A stretch of DNA of 63,701 nt, the filler included, from Octopus bimaculoides (taxonomy: Eukaryota), in NCBI RefSeq assembly GCF_001194135.2. It is 6 parts of 6 records of this genome, joined end to end, with 100 filler letters (N's around TTAATTAATTAA, not from the genome) between each part and the next. Parts side by side here need not be neighbours in the genome. Positions count along the whole stretch, not along the records: positions 1 to 12,925 come from NC_068986.1; positions 13,026 to 23,845 come from NC_068985.1; 4 more parts are not named here. The stretch is one strand, 5' to 3'. The number at the start of each line of letters is the position of its first letter. Position 1 is the first letter of the stretch. The notes beneath the pieces were generated by a model. That model searched no databases. It saw only the letters and a program-made list of their open reading frames with translations, and was not told where the DNA came from. Position numbers and translations under genes: made by a program. This document shows positions 1 through 13,830 of this stretch, in pieces.

Positions 1-40
<40 letters not shown>

Positions 41-89
41 CATAAAAACACACACACATACATACATATATAAATATATACACATATAC

Positions 90-121
<32 letters not shown>

Positions 122-398
122 GGCGCATTATATATGCAAATATACAGACGTGCATAAATACAGAAAGTGAAAGTGAAAGTGAGCAAGTGAAAAATAAAGA
201 GAGAGAGGGATTCAGAGAGAAGAAAGAGAGATAGAGGAAGGCAGAGAGGGAAGAAAGAAAGAGAAAGACAGACAAAGCGAGTTTGTGTGTAAAGTAAATC
301 TATTGTAGTCTATTTTGTTGATGACTAGTTCAGTATCTCGACCAAATTTGGCTGCCTACGCATTCGACTACACATATTAATTCGCTGATTATTCCAAA

Positions 399-1023
399 CT
401 AGCTGTATAGCCCGGCGTTTCCCGGGATTAAGTTAGGATTATTAAGTGATCAAGCGCTTTGTTTCAAACCAAAATAAGCTACGTTTTGCGGGGCCAGGAT
501 GGTTCTTTCACTGAGCAAATTGATGTCTGCATAGTTAATTTCCAGATTGGGGAACACTGTTTCAAAAAGATCGGAAGGGTTGTCCACGGTGTTGCACAGT
601 TCACAGATGGATATGTCGCCCCTATCATTCCTATAGACCTTGCCTTCTCCAAGGGCTAAAATGTCTTCAGCAAGTGCTGCAGACGTGCTATCACCAAGCA
701 AGTGCGCAAGCATCTTTGTGCTTAGGCTTAAGGTCTTAAGCTGGGGCCACAACGTGGATGACTTATGGCATGCGCGCGCTTCATCAACCCTGCTCCCTTT
801 AGGGATGACAGGAAGGTTTTGCCGGAAATCTCCTGAAAGCAATAGAGTTACACCTCCAATAGAAGTTGTAGAATCTCTGATATCTTTCAGTGACCGGTCC
901 AGTGCCTCAAGGGCACCCTTATTATCCATTGTGCATTCGTCCCATACAATGAGACGACACTGTCGAAGAACTTCAGCTTCCTCTGAAATTTTGCCGATGT
1001 TGCGAGTAGGAACTTCGGTCCTC
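399..1023 (-). mobile_element. Helitron 3' end with truncated PIF1-like helicase remnant
   Basis: The minus strand reads ...LRQCRLIVWDECTMDNKGALEALDRSLKDIRDSTTSIGGVTLLLSGDFRQNLPVIPKG (Walker B WDE and GDFRQ motif of PIF1/Helitron helicases). It ends in the hairpin cccgggaaacgccggg (411-426) followed by CTAG|T at 399-402. The 5' side runs into an N-gap. Confidence 0.9.
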
Positions 1024-2364
1024 ANNNNNNNNNNNNNNNNNNNNNNNNNNNNNNNNNNNNNNNNNNNNNNNNNNNNNNNNNNNNNNNNNNNNNNNNNNNN
1101 NNNNNNNNNNNNNNNNNNNNNNNNNNNNNNNNNNNNNNNNNNNNNNNNNNNNNNNNNNNNNNNNNNNNNNNNNNNNNNNNNNNNNNNNNNNNNNNNNNNN
1201 NNNNNNNNNNNNNNNNNNNNNNNNNNNNNNNNNNNNNNNNNNNNNNNNNNNNNNNNNNNNNNNNNNNNNNNNNNNNNNNNNNNNNNNNNNNNNNNNNNNN
1301 NNNNNNNNNNNNNNNNNNNNNNNNNNNNNNNNNNNNNNNNNNNNNNNNNNNNNNNNNNNNNNNNNNNNNNNNNNNNNNNNNNNNNNNNNNNNNNNNNNNN
1401 NNNNNNNNNNNNNNNNNNNNNNNNNNNNNNNNNNNNNNNNNNNNNNNNNNNNNNNNNNNNNNNNNNNNNNNNNNNNNNNNNNNNNNNNNNNNNNNNNNNN
1501 NNNNNNNNNNNNNNNNNNNNNNNNNNNNNNNNNNNNNNNNNNNNNNNNNNNNNNNNNNNNNNNNNNNNNNNNNNNNNNNNNNNNNNNNNNNNNNNNNATC
1601 AACTACTCTGACCTCCTAATATGCTACAAAACCCTTTTTGTGGGATGGGGTGGAGTGGAAGCTTCGAAAATTTCACCCCCACACCCACTGATCTTTTTAC
1701 CACCTATTTTTCAATGTACGTGGAAAAATACGGATATTAAGAATATGAAAACATTTTTTTTTAAATCTCAAATTTACCATGAAAAATTCCAGGTAAATTT
1801 TTAGATAACACTCGCACGATTTTCACTAAGAAAAAAAAATCGGCCTTTTAATATACTACAAAACCCTTATTATGGTCCAAAAAAACGAGGTGGGGTGTGG
1901 TGGAAGCCTCGGAAATTTAACACATTTACACTGACAAACTGTTACCTACCTCTTTGTTTCTTTGTTGTTAAACAAAAGGATTCTCAACAAAAGACTTTTT
2001 TCTTCAGCGTAAAATAAAAACAAAACTCTTTCGCGCCTAAAGTAATGTGTGTGCATGTGAGAGAGGGAGGCGGGAGAAAGATGAACGATTTAGAATAAAT
2101 AAATAAGTGATTTGAAATAAATATATTTCAATTGTTGTGTGAGAAAGTATATATAATCTGCTTTTAAAATATAGTGTCTTTCAAAACATCCTAAATTTGA
2201 AGACTATATCTCGTGCTGAAGAAAAAAAGATTTACATTTTTAATTTTAGTGAACGCTGTCACTTACTCGCTCTCCCTCACACACACACACACACATACAT
2301 CAATACACAACTTCTCTCTCTCCCTCACACACACACATACATGAACACACAACTTCTCTCTCTC

Positions 2365-2410
<46 letters not shown>

Positions 2411-2980
2411 TCACTNNNNNNNNNNNNNNNNNNNNNNNNNNNNNNNNNNNNNNNNNNNNNNNNNNNNNNNNNNNNNNNNNNNNNNNNNNNNNNNNNNNNN
2501 NNNNNNNNNNNNNNNNNNNNNNNNNNNNNNNNNNNNNNNNNNNNNNNNNNNNNNNNNNNNNNNNNNNNNNNNNNNNNNNNNNNNNNNNNNNNNNNNNNNN
2601 NNNNNNNNNNNNNNNNNNNNNNNNNNNNNNNNNNNNNNNNNNNNNNNNNNNNNNNNNNNNNNNNNNNNNNNNNNNNNNNNNNNNNCAAGATGTGAAATTG
2701 TGTGTTGAATCCGATATTGTATTTCGGGATGGTCATTTTATTAATTAATTAATTTATTTATTATTGCCAAATAAACACACACACACACTATATATATATA
2801 TATACATGTATGTATTCTTCACTCGTTTATTACTGTTTTTTATTGTCAGGAAATCTTTCGTCACACGTCTCTGACTTCTTCAGCGACACTCTTTCCTTTC
2901 CTTATGTGTTCCTGCTCCACTTGCACCATTCTGTTCTTCTAAGATGTGTATCTTTATGTGCGCATGCGTTTGTGTCCTTG

Positions 2981-3316
2981 TGTGCGAGTACCAAGACCAC
3001 ACTCAAGGGCCATATATTTAAGTTTAATAATAAGATGTACGCCCAAGAGGAAGGTGCAGCCATCGGTGTCAATACTGCTGGTGATGTGGCTAAGCTATTT
3101 ATGGTATGGTGGGATAGAAGACTTAGAGAGAAATTAGCATTGAACTCCATAGACCTAACCATGTACTCCCGCTACGTGGATGATATGAACATAGTAGCCA
3201 GAGCACTCCTACAAGACAATGTTGATGATGTAGAGGCTAAAACTATGGAGAGTATCCTGCAAATAGCTAACTCTATCCACCAGAGTTTAGAAATAACGAT
3301 AGATTATTCTAGGTAG
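2981..3316 (+). mobile_element. Penelope-like element reverse transcriptase fragment
   Basis: Translation KTTLKGHIFKFNNKMYAQEEGAAIGVNTAGDVAKLFM...YSRYVDDMNIVAR...ANSIHQSLEITIDYS contains RT motifs (Y-x-Q-x-x-G and RYVDD) in the Penelope-like style. Truncated by a stop at 3314-3316. Confidence 0.75.
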
Positions 3317-3430
3317 CACCCTAAATCTGCTTCGAGAATTCCCTGTTATTTCACGCTCTCTCCAAAGTTTGTAAGTCCCTACAACGTCAAAAATATCTAC
3401 AGAGACCTTGCGTATTTATACGATACAATT

Positions 3431-3481
3431 TGGACGAGAATGCAACGTAGCTCTTCGCTCCGACATTCGAAACTCCGAGTA
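3431..3481 (+). ncRNA. Degenerate hammerhead-like motif
   Basis: TGGACGA (core mismatched versus CTGANGA), stem II GAATG/CATTC, GAAA, stem III ACTC-c-GAGT, GTA triplet. It lies about 115 nt after the Penelope-like RT fragment. Confidence 0.45.
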
Positions 3482-3518
3482 CTATAATGACAACGTTTTA
3501 CTGTCTGTTCTAAATTAT

Positions 3519-3554
<36 letters not shown>

Positions 3555-5150
3555 NNNNNNNNNNNNNNNNNNNNNNNNNNNNNNNNNNNNNNNNNNNNNN
3601 NNNNNNNNNNNNNNNNNNNNNNNNNNNNNNNNNNNTATATATAGGTGTATATATAGGTATGTGTGTGTATGTGAACCTATATTCTCCAACTTAATTGCAG
3701 TGTTTTCGTGATGCAGTCGAGGTGTTTCATTTGAACAAGAAAATCCGTGGGGAAATTTCAAGTCACAAGTATATCTTACTTTGGGCAACAGATCTAACAA
3801 AGTAGCAGATTGGTTTATTGACAATGACTTGGAAGTTACTAATCTTCTTCAAGAAAAGCAAAAAATGTTCAGAATAAATCAAATAATCTGAATCAAGACA
3901 TCAGCTATATATCTCTTTAATTAAAAATATCATTGTAATCTTCAAAACATGAAAGAAAGGCACCAAAAAGCAAAATGCTATAGGCTGTAAGGATTTTAAC
4001 CCTAGTTAACATCTGTAGTTCTAGTGAGATGTGTTGATGGTTAACAATTCTTTACTGATATCACGTTCATGCAAACACGACGCGTATAACACTATTCCGA
4101 TTTTTGAATAGATGATCAAATGTATATGTGTGAATAATTGAAGAAATGGTAGACCTTTCTGTTGTCAAAGAAATGCTGAGAAAGAGAAGAAACAGCTAGC
4201 CGTAGAAAAGAAAGAAATACTCTCCAAAATCAAATTTGAAACCCCTTAAATTAAGGTACAAATGTTCTGAATTACTTGCAGCAGATACGAAAGCGTTGAG
4301 CGCTGCGATTTGAAACAGTGTTCAACATTTTGAGCTTGACTGAGTTCAGCATGCTGAAATGAGAAGAAAGTGTCATAATAATGATCGATTATCATTCCTT
4401 TTTTAAAATGTTATTTAGGTACAAAAGTATGCATACACCACACTTGTAGAGGATCACACTAGCGTGTCCATGTAAGTAGGGCATACGTAAGCTATTGATA
4501 TTTCATTCCGGATGACCAGTTTCGATGTAATGACTGTCAAAATGTCTACAAGTCATATGGGGAATTAAAGCGGCACTTGAACATTTATTATGAATAAGCG
4601 GAAATTGGAGCGAATTGGTGAAGAATATGCGATCAAACCTTCAAACACATTTCAGCACACAGAAGTCATGGAAGACCTCATGCTATGAAAGAGCTATTAT
4701 AGGTTCAAGAAGAGGTCGGGCCTTGCAAGGATCAGAGAGCAGCATCACCCCCTCCCCCCACACGTACGCACATACAAATATATGCATATACATATACATA
4801 CATACATACATACATATATGCATGATATGTATATATATATATATATATATAAATATATATATATNNNNNNNNNNNNNNNNNNNNNNNNNNNNNNNNNNNN
4901 NNNNNNNNNNNNNNNNNNNNNNNNNNNNNNNNNNNNNNNNNNNNNNNNNNNNNNNNNNNNNNNNNNNNNNNNNNNNNNNNNNNNNNNNNNNNNNNNNNNN
5001 NNNNNNNNNNNNNNNNNNNNNNNNNNNNNNNNNNNNNNNNNNNNNNNNNNNNNNNNNNNNNNNNNNNNNNNNNNNNNNNNNNNNNNNNNNNNNNNNNNNN
5101 NNNNNNNNNNNNNNNNNNNNNNNNNNNNNNNNNNNNNNNNNNNNNNNNNN

Positions 5151-5307
5151 ACCAACCACATCGTTCCGGGTTCAGTCCCACTGCGTGGCACCTTGGGAAA
5201 GCGTCTTCTACTATAAGCCTCGGGCCGACCAAAGCCTTGTGAGTGGATTTCGTAGACGGAAACCGAAAGAAGCCCGTCGTATATATGTATATATATAAAT
5301 GCATATG

Positions 5308-5338
<31 letters not shown>

Positions 5339-5536
5339 ATGTTTGTGTGCCTGTGTTTGTCCCCCCCAACATCGCTTGACAACCGATGCTGGTGTGTTTG
5401 GGTCCCCGTAACTTTGCGGTTCGATAGAATAAGTACTAGGCTTACAAAGAATAAATCCTGGGATCGATTGCTCGAATAAGGCGGTGCTCCAGCATGGCCG
5501 CAGTCAAATGACTGAAACAAGTAAAATAGTAAAAGA
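5151..5536 (+). mobile_element. tRNA-derived SINE, family A
   Basis: B-box-like ggttcagtccc, body ...ctatagcctcgggccgaccaaagccttgtgagtgg..., internal (TG)n and a gtaaaagag tail. The same sequence recurs many times in the window. Confidence 0.85.
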
Positions 5537-5557
5537 GTAAAAGACTATGCACGCACG

Positions 5558-5604
<47 letters not shown>

Positions 5605-5616
5605 ATACACACTGTA

Positions 5617-5649
<33 letters not shown>

Positions 5650-6481
5650 GTCTGTCTGTCCGTCCGTCCGCACGTCTGTCTGTATGTTTATCAATCAATC
5701 TATCTATCTATCTATCTATCCTCTCTCTCACTTATACACACACCAGTCAGTGTGTCATGTTTGCGTTTAGGGTAGCACCTCAATTCTCCAGTACATACGA
5801 AGAATGCTGGAGTTAAATTGACAAGTCCATGTCTCATTCACGGACGAATCATTCTCTCTCTTACGTCACATGTGCAGGGAGAAGTAGCCATTACATTCTG
5901 CAGAACACTGAACAACGTTAACAAGAAATGTTGTTTACCACAAATATTTTACTGACGAAAACACAATTTCTTTTAGAGTTCAAATTTAACGTTACATACC
6001 AATTCAGAATTTAAAAGAAGTATAAAAATTGAAAGATAAATATAGTATATTTTAGTCACAAAAGTAAAATTAGCACTAGACACAGTCTCAAAAATTTCGC
6101 ATATCTGAGAAACTTAAAAAAGAAATGCAACATTAAAGATGTATCTACATTTAAAAAAAAATGTATATGCAAATATAATTGCATGGAAGACCATAAAAAT
6201 CTTGCTTCAAGATACATCATTTTATGTTAACAATAAAAAGACACATACAAAACGAAGCCGAAGAAGGAACCTACTTCTATCTAAATATTCAGTTAACGGC
6301 GTCTGTGATAGCGTATGGGTATACTTGTGAATGTTTGCTTGCTTGTGTGTGTGTGTGTGTGTGAATGTGTATGTTCATATATACATGTACTTACGAATAT
6401 ACGCATATACATATGTCCACAGACACATAGACATGCTTGTATCTGTATTGGATTTTGTGTGTGTGTATATGTGCATATATA

Positions 6482-6532
<51 letters not shown>

Positions 6533-8021
6533 GTATGTGTGTGTGTGTGCGTGCGTGTGTGTGTGCATGTATGTATGTATGTATGTGTCTGTATTGACTT
6601 TTGTGTTCACATGTGTGCATATATACTTACACGTACACACACACACACCTATATATAACAACCAAAGGAATAACAATGGCGGTATCATATTTACTAATTT
6701 GTTACAACCCTTTCGATAACTAGTGGAATTGTGGCATCAGTTAACATACTGGGTCCTATACACGGAAATGATAGAAGATATATAAAGATTATCAAATCCA
6801 TGTATTATTGAAAGAAAATACCACCAATAACTTTGTATCTGTACATGTATAATTGCATACATATACATACAGAGATATGCAGAAACATATATATATATAT
6901 ACCGCCTCACATATACTCACATTTTGTAGGCGACTAACAACACTTACATGTGGTACGCTTGAACAATTGTGAAGATCTCTTCTCATGAAACCATTGGCAG
7001 CTGTGTTAACTCCCAAATAATGAATAGTTATCCACCAATGCGGTGTTAAGCACTCATCGTTACTTTTCGATACTAGCGTATTAGTCACTAATTTGGAAGT
7101 GTATAGCAGGGAACCGGGAAAGAAAAGGGATTCCTGACTAGTGTTCTTCAGAAAAAAAGGGAGACATGAAAGACTTCCACACAATTTATATATCTATATT
7201 CTCCTCTATGTTTAATAATTTATTTGAAGTTCCACTAAGGAACTAGCTGATTTCTAACACACACACACATACACACACGCGCACGCATGCACACGCACAC
7301 ACACACACACACACACACATTCCTGCTGTCTCAGTGCCAAGCAGTGATTAGGCATAAATGAAATTTAAGTCAGTTAATGTATGATATTCTTCAACTTCTA
7401 AAGGCAAATTCACTGCAGTTGCCGTGGAGAATATTTTTTACTCGGTAACTGCAATGAATTTGCCTTAGAAGTTAAAATATGTCACAAACATATTCTAACT
7501 AACCAAAGTTCGCATATATATATATATATATGTAATAATATGTACATTTTCAAAATGTAATCACATGTGAATCATTGGCGATTTTNNNNNNNNNNNNNNN
7601 NNNNNNNNNNNNNNNNNNNNNNNNNNNNNNNNNNNNNNNNNNNNNNNNNNNNNNNNNNNNNNNNNNNNNNNNNNNNNNNNNNNNNNNNNNNNNNNNNNNN
7701 NNNNNNNNNNNNNNNNNNNNNNNNNNNNNNNNNNNNNNNNNNNNNNNNNNNNNNNNNNNNNNNNNNNNNNNNNNNNNNNNNNNNNNNNNNNNNNNNNNNN
7801 NNNNNNNNNNNNNNNNNNNNNNNNNNNNNNNNNNNNNNNNNNNNNNNNNNNNNNNNNNNNNNNNNNNNNNNNNNNNNNNNNNNNNNNNNNNNNNNNNNNN
7901 NNNNNNNNNNNNNNNNNNNNNNNNNNNNNNNNNNNNNNNATATATATATATATACGCACACATATCTGTGCGTGTGTATATGCAATATCTTTCTCTGTGC
8001 TTTTGTGTCTATTTGTTTAAT

Positions 8022-8243
8022 CCCATCCCCGTTAATGCCTGACAACCGGTTTTGGCTTGTTTATGTCACCGTTTATGCCCCCAGTTCTGCAAAAGAGGTC
8101 GATTAAATGAGTAGCAGTCTTTAGAAAATCACAAAAACAAGAAGCATAAGTACTGGGCTGGTTCAACTAAGTCTCTGCAAGGTGGTGCTCCAGCATGGAC
8201 ACAGTCCAATGATTGAAATAAGTAAAAGATAAAAGATAAAAGA
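8022..8243 (+). mobile_element. SINE family A, 3' half
   Basis: Matches the 3' half of 5151-5536 (tgacaaccg...ggtgctccagcatgg...gtaaaagataaaag). Confidence 0.7.
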
Positions 8244-8529
8244 TGTCCGCCATAGATTGCCGATTTTAATCTTTAAACGAAGAAGTCGTTCGATCTCTTA
8301 GAAATAGGAACCAAATTACAGAAGATCATAACCGACTGTTTTAACTAGGGACAACGCTCATTAGATGGCGCAGTTACACACGTCCCTAAAATAAGGGGTA
8401 CATTCCCTGATGCCTTAGCTGGATTAAGGCAGTTGTCCGATAAGCAAAAAGCAGCAGCAGCAGCAGTAGAAGAAGAAGAAGAAGAAAAAACTTCAACAAC
8501 AACAACAACAATAACCATACTTGTGTACA

Positions 8530-9450
8530 GACAGACAATTTGATACGCACGGGTTACTAAAGAATATTACGGCCGAATGAAGAAAATTTGGTCCTCAGAA
8601 CTCTCTGCATTCAATAAAACAGTGGCCCACAATGTGTTTGCAGTGCTAGTACTCATACCAACATTTGGGCTGCTTGATTGGACGCTTGATGAGATCCGAG
8701 CCATTGATGCAAAAACGAAAACATGACGGCAGAGATTTAACATCAATCCAAAATGCCTTTGAATGTCGTATCATATCTTTTCAGCAACAAGTGTTAACCA
8801 CCAAATGTAGAAGTGTATCCCTTGACCAAGTTTGCATACATGAGGCTGATAACATCATAAAATTTGGAAAGCAGCTCCTTGAGCAGAATTCCTTGTCTAG
8901 TAACCTTGAATACATGCCCAAAGAAGTCGCACGACTCTACCGCAGTGTATCTACAGACAGAAGGATGAGCTTGTATCAGCAGAAGATCATACAAGGATAT
9001 GTTCGTAGAAAGCTCCGAGATGATAGTAACATTGATCACTAAAGCAGTCTATCATGGACCAACAACCGGATTACTACATCCCACTTTGAAGAGTATGCGT
9101 TTGCAATCCAGGTACAGAAAATATAAATCAAATACATGATGCACAAAAGGGATAGAGATGCAGGAAAAGCAGTAAAATGGTGGAAAGTCCCAGTGAAAAC
9201 CTCAATAAAACGTAAGCACAAGAGACCTGATATAATGATTTGGGATAGAGAAGAGAAACTCTGTACGGTTGTAGAAATCAGCTGCCCAGTGGATGTTTAC
9301 ATAAAGTATCTACGCTGAACTATTGAGAAAATTGCAGTTGCTCTATCCAGATTACAAGTTCAAGTTTATATCTGCAATTATTGAAAGACTGAGATATGTA
9401 ACACACTGAGAAATGAGGCTTCTCAAAACTAGAAAGGAGAAAGCTGATTC
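8530..9450 (+). mobile_element. R4/Dong-clade non-LTR retrotransposon remnant (RT thumb to restriction-like endonuclease)
   Basis: Frameshifted peptides KKIWSSELSAFNKTVAHNVFAV..., HFEEYAFAIQ... and KRPDIMIWDREEKLCTVVEISCP (PD...E-x-S motif of restriction-like endonucleases). Confidence 0.8.
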
Positions 9451-11815
9451 GAAGACTACAGATCTAAGCCATCACTAGAACTATAAAAATCTGAAAATGC
9501 TTCCATAAGCTTATCATTTAAGTATATATGGGCATGTCTACACATGCAAGTATATGCATGAGAAGACATACATAAAACAAAACGTTCATATCTACACATA
9601 TTCATATATACATACAAAATACCCAGTTGCTGTTGAAATTCCAATGAAGGAGCCTTGAATCTGGGTTAGAAACCGGCTCTTTATTTTTTGGCACGAAGTC
9701 TTGAAATAAAACTGAATAATGACATCCGTCCATTTACCCATCCATCCATCCATCCATCCATCCATCCATCCATCCATCCATCCATACATACATACATACA
9801 TATAGACACGCAAACCTTGATAAAGCCAGATAATAAAAAGAACAAAAGCAACACGACATCAATAGCAACGACATTGGACCAACAGCAACCTGCGTTCTAT
9901 AGAGAAACCTCAGTTTTGTGGAATAACATCAAACTTTGAACCGTGGGGTATAGATTGTTCGATTTAGTTTTATTCACTTGTACTACCAACGTTGTTTAAA
10001 ACCTGACTTAATTTTGAACACCCATTCCTTAATTCATTCACTGATTTCATTCACCCATTCCTTTATTCATTCGTTCGTTCATTCATTTATTCCGTTGAGG
10101 ATGGTATCAGTGATCACGTCATTTCTATTTCATCAGGAGTTGATTAACTGCAGTTACATTGTCTGCATTTACAGGCAGCACGAGAGTTTATTATGCCAGT
10201 CCGAATGATAAAAGAAGAAAGAAAACACTAAGAAAAGTGTTTAGCAGTACATAGTGATGCATACTGCATCAGTATTTCACATATTGACATTTTACCCTCG
10301 CAACTCGAAGATAAAAATACAAAAATAATGAACAAAAAAAAAAATAAGGCAAAAAAAAAAAAACTTGCTGTCCAAAGAATTAACGTTTACAATATAAAAA
10401 GGCCAAACATGCGTTAGAGAATATTCAACTCAAAATTATGGACAGAATAACACGAGAACGAGATAGAGAGAGGGAGGGCGAGAGAGAGAGAGAGAGAAGG
10501 AGAAAGAGAGAGAGGGGGAGGGCAGGAGAGAATGAAAGAGAAAGAGTTAAAGAGAGTTAGAGAAACGAAGAGAAAGGGGAGAGAGTAGCAAATGTAAGTG
10601 AGAGGATGTTAGCTGCCATTTAAACGTCAGCAAATATAGAGCTTACACCTCACAAGTGTTTTTATCACATGTGCAATACATACACCCTAGTCTTTATGAA
10701 TGCAACAGCACACACGCATACACACACACACACACACATGCATACACGCATGAATCTATATTTGTATATGTGCGTACAGATTCATGCACAGACATACACA
10801 TTCGACATACGGATAAATACTTCACTTGAACATGTCTTCAATCTGACATGTTTGAAGCAAAAGCTCTTACCGTACAGAGATATATGAATTTTTATACAAA
10901 GCACACACACACACACACACACGCACGTTCATATACGCACTGGCACATATACACACATACACACATACACACAGATTCATTACAACATATTTCTGTTCCC
11001 TTTAATTTAGCTTCATTTCCGCTTCTTGACGAACGAAATGTTCCAAAAAGCTTGTAGAATCTACGGATGCACGCACGCACACATACACACGCACACACAC
11101 ACACGCAGACAGACACACATTCTCATTTTTATATNNNNNNNNNNNNNNNNNNNNNNNNNNNNNNNNNNNNNNNNNNNNNNNNNNNNNNNNNNNNNNNNNN
11201 NNNNNNNNNNNNNNNNNNNNNNNNNNNNNNNNNNNNNNNNNNNNNNNNNNNNNNNNNNNNNNNNNNNNNNNNNNNNNNNNNNNNNNNNNNNNNNNNNNNN
11301 NNNNNNNNNNNNNNNNNNNNNNNNNNNNNNNNNNNNNNNNNNNNNNNNNNNNNNNNNNNNNNNNNNNNNNNNNNNNNNNNNNNNNNNNNNNNNNNNNNNN
11401 NNNNNNNNNNNNNNNNNNNNNNNNNNNNNNNNNNNNNNNNNNNNNNNNNNNNNNNNNNNNNNNNNNNNNNNNNNNNNNNNNNNNNNNNNNNNNNNNNNNN
11501 NNNNNNNNNNNNNNNNNNNNNNNNNNNNNNNNNNNNNNNNNNNNNNNNNNNNNNNNNNNNNNNNNNNNNNNNNNNNNNNNNNNNNNNNNNNNNNNNNNNN
11601 NNNNNNNNNNNNNNNNNNNNNNNNNNNNNNNNNNNNNNNNNNNNNNNNNNNNNNNNNNNNNNNNNNNNNNNNNNNNNNNNNNNNNNNNNNNNNNNNNNNN
11701 NNNNNNNNNNNNNNNNNNNNNNNNNNNNNNGAAACAAACTTCTCTGGTGAAATTATTCCACCTCCGTAGTTATATTATTTCAAAAGTTCTTTCCTTGGTA
11801 TGTTTTCTTAAATGA

Positions 11816-11855
<40 letters not shown>

Positions 11856-11924
11856 ATAAGTTTTTATTACTATCATTATCATTATTATGATCATCATTAT
11901 TTTCATCATTATCATCATCATCGA

Positions 11925-12319
11925 CTTTTTCAAGTTTCACTTGAAAGTGGAAGTGAGGCTGGAGTTGGAGGTGGTGTCTTCGAGTGAATTTATCAAAAGG
12001 TGGGTGAACGTTGCGAATATGGCAAGAGTGGAGGCTACCACTCTCAGTGTAGACCTGTGAGTCAGAGGAAAAGAGCTGGAGAAAGCACTTGTCCTTGGTT
12101 CTCAGGGTGAGCTTGGATGGTGGGGTTTCTCGGTCATCCCTAAAGGTCCCCCTGTATCAGGAAGATCCCGTCACTATTCCCTTTTATTTTCTTAGTGCTG
12201 TATATGTATATTTCCCTATAAAGAATTTTTTAATGTATACTGTGTATAGATTTTTTTCTTATCATTCCATTATATGTAAGACCCCAAACTCTTGTCTGTC
12301 TTTGTATTGTCCCCCTCAC

Positions 12320-12320
<1 letters not shown>
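11925..12320 (+). mobile_element. Tx1/L1-like LINE 3' end
   Basis: FKFHLKVEVRLELEVVSSSEFIKRWVNVANMARVEATTLSVDL* followed by a 3' UTR. Similar to the minus-strand C-terminus at 36230-36330. Confidence 0.6.
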
Positions 12321-12900
<580 letters not shown>

Positions 12901-12925
12901 TCAACTAAACACGTGAAAGCGTTAC

Positions 12926-13025
12926 NNNNNNNNNNNNNNNNNNNNNNNNNNNNNNNNNNNNNNNNNNNNTTAATTAATTAANNNNNNNNNNNNNNNNNNN
13001 NNNNNNNNNNNNNNNNNNNNNNNNN
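12926..13025. other. Artificial join spacer (44 N + TTAATTAATTAA + 44 N)
   Basis: Palindromic 12-mer at 12970-12981 giving stops in all six frames; the same layout occurs five times. Confidence 0.95.
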
Positions 13026-13065
<40 letters not shown>

Positions 13066-13071
13066 GTTTGT

Positions 13072-13119
<48 letters not shown>

Positions 13120-13642
13120 GTGCGTGTGTACGTGTGTACGTGCGTATGCTCTTGTCTGCTTGTTTGTATATTTGTTTGTGCATGTAAGGAGCGTTTAAAT
13201 GTGTGAAAATTAAAATCTGAAACCTATATCTGTGACTTCTTAATTAATTACTTGTCATCTTATCCGGTAGGTTTAATCAACTTTTATTTATAATATTTCT
13301 TAATTCAAAAGATCCTTTTTTCCCCCTGCAAGCTATCATTCAATAGAAATTTGAACATTTTCAACCACCTGAAATCAGAAGTTTTTATATATTCCCTTCT
13401 CAGACATGAAAGAAAGTCACACGCTTAACATTTGCACACATATCATTTTAAAGATATCTAGATTTACCAGATAAAGTGTGACAGTATAGTACTATGCTCG
13501 ATACAGAAGCGGCGGAACAAAGTTTGCGTTAAAACTATTGTGAGAATCGGCGAGGAAGATAAAAGGATTTAAAGCAGTTGTCCTTTAAGAACACACTTCG
13601 CTATCTGGTAGTTTTTATTTAAATGAAGTACTTTTACATTGA

Positions 13643-13830
13643 AGGCGGCGAGCTGACAGAATTGGTTGCACGTCAGATAAAATACTTAGCGACATTTCTC
13701 CCTATTCATCGCGTTCTACGTTCTAATTCCGCCATGATTAATTTTGCCTTTCATCCAATCAGCGTCAATAAAATACATTACTGGGGCTCGATGCAATCGA
13801 GATCTCTCAAAATTGTTGGGTTTGAACTCT
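13643..13830 (+). mobile_element. SINE family B
   Basis: aggcggcgagctgacagaa...ttctaattccgcc...tttgcctttcatcc...ggggctcgatgcaatcga. Confidence 0.75.

Noticed and set aside
10106-10140. Minus-strand CTGATGA-aata-GAAA as a hammerhead
   Set aside because: There is no stem II, palindromic stem III or stem I; likely a chance match.
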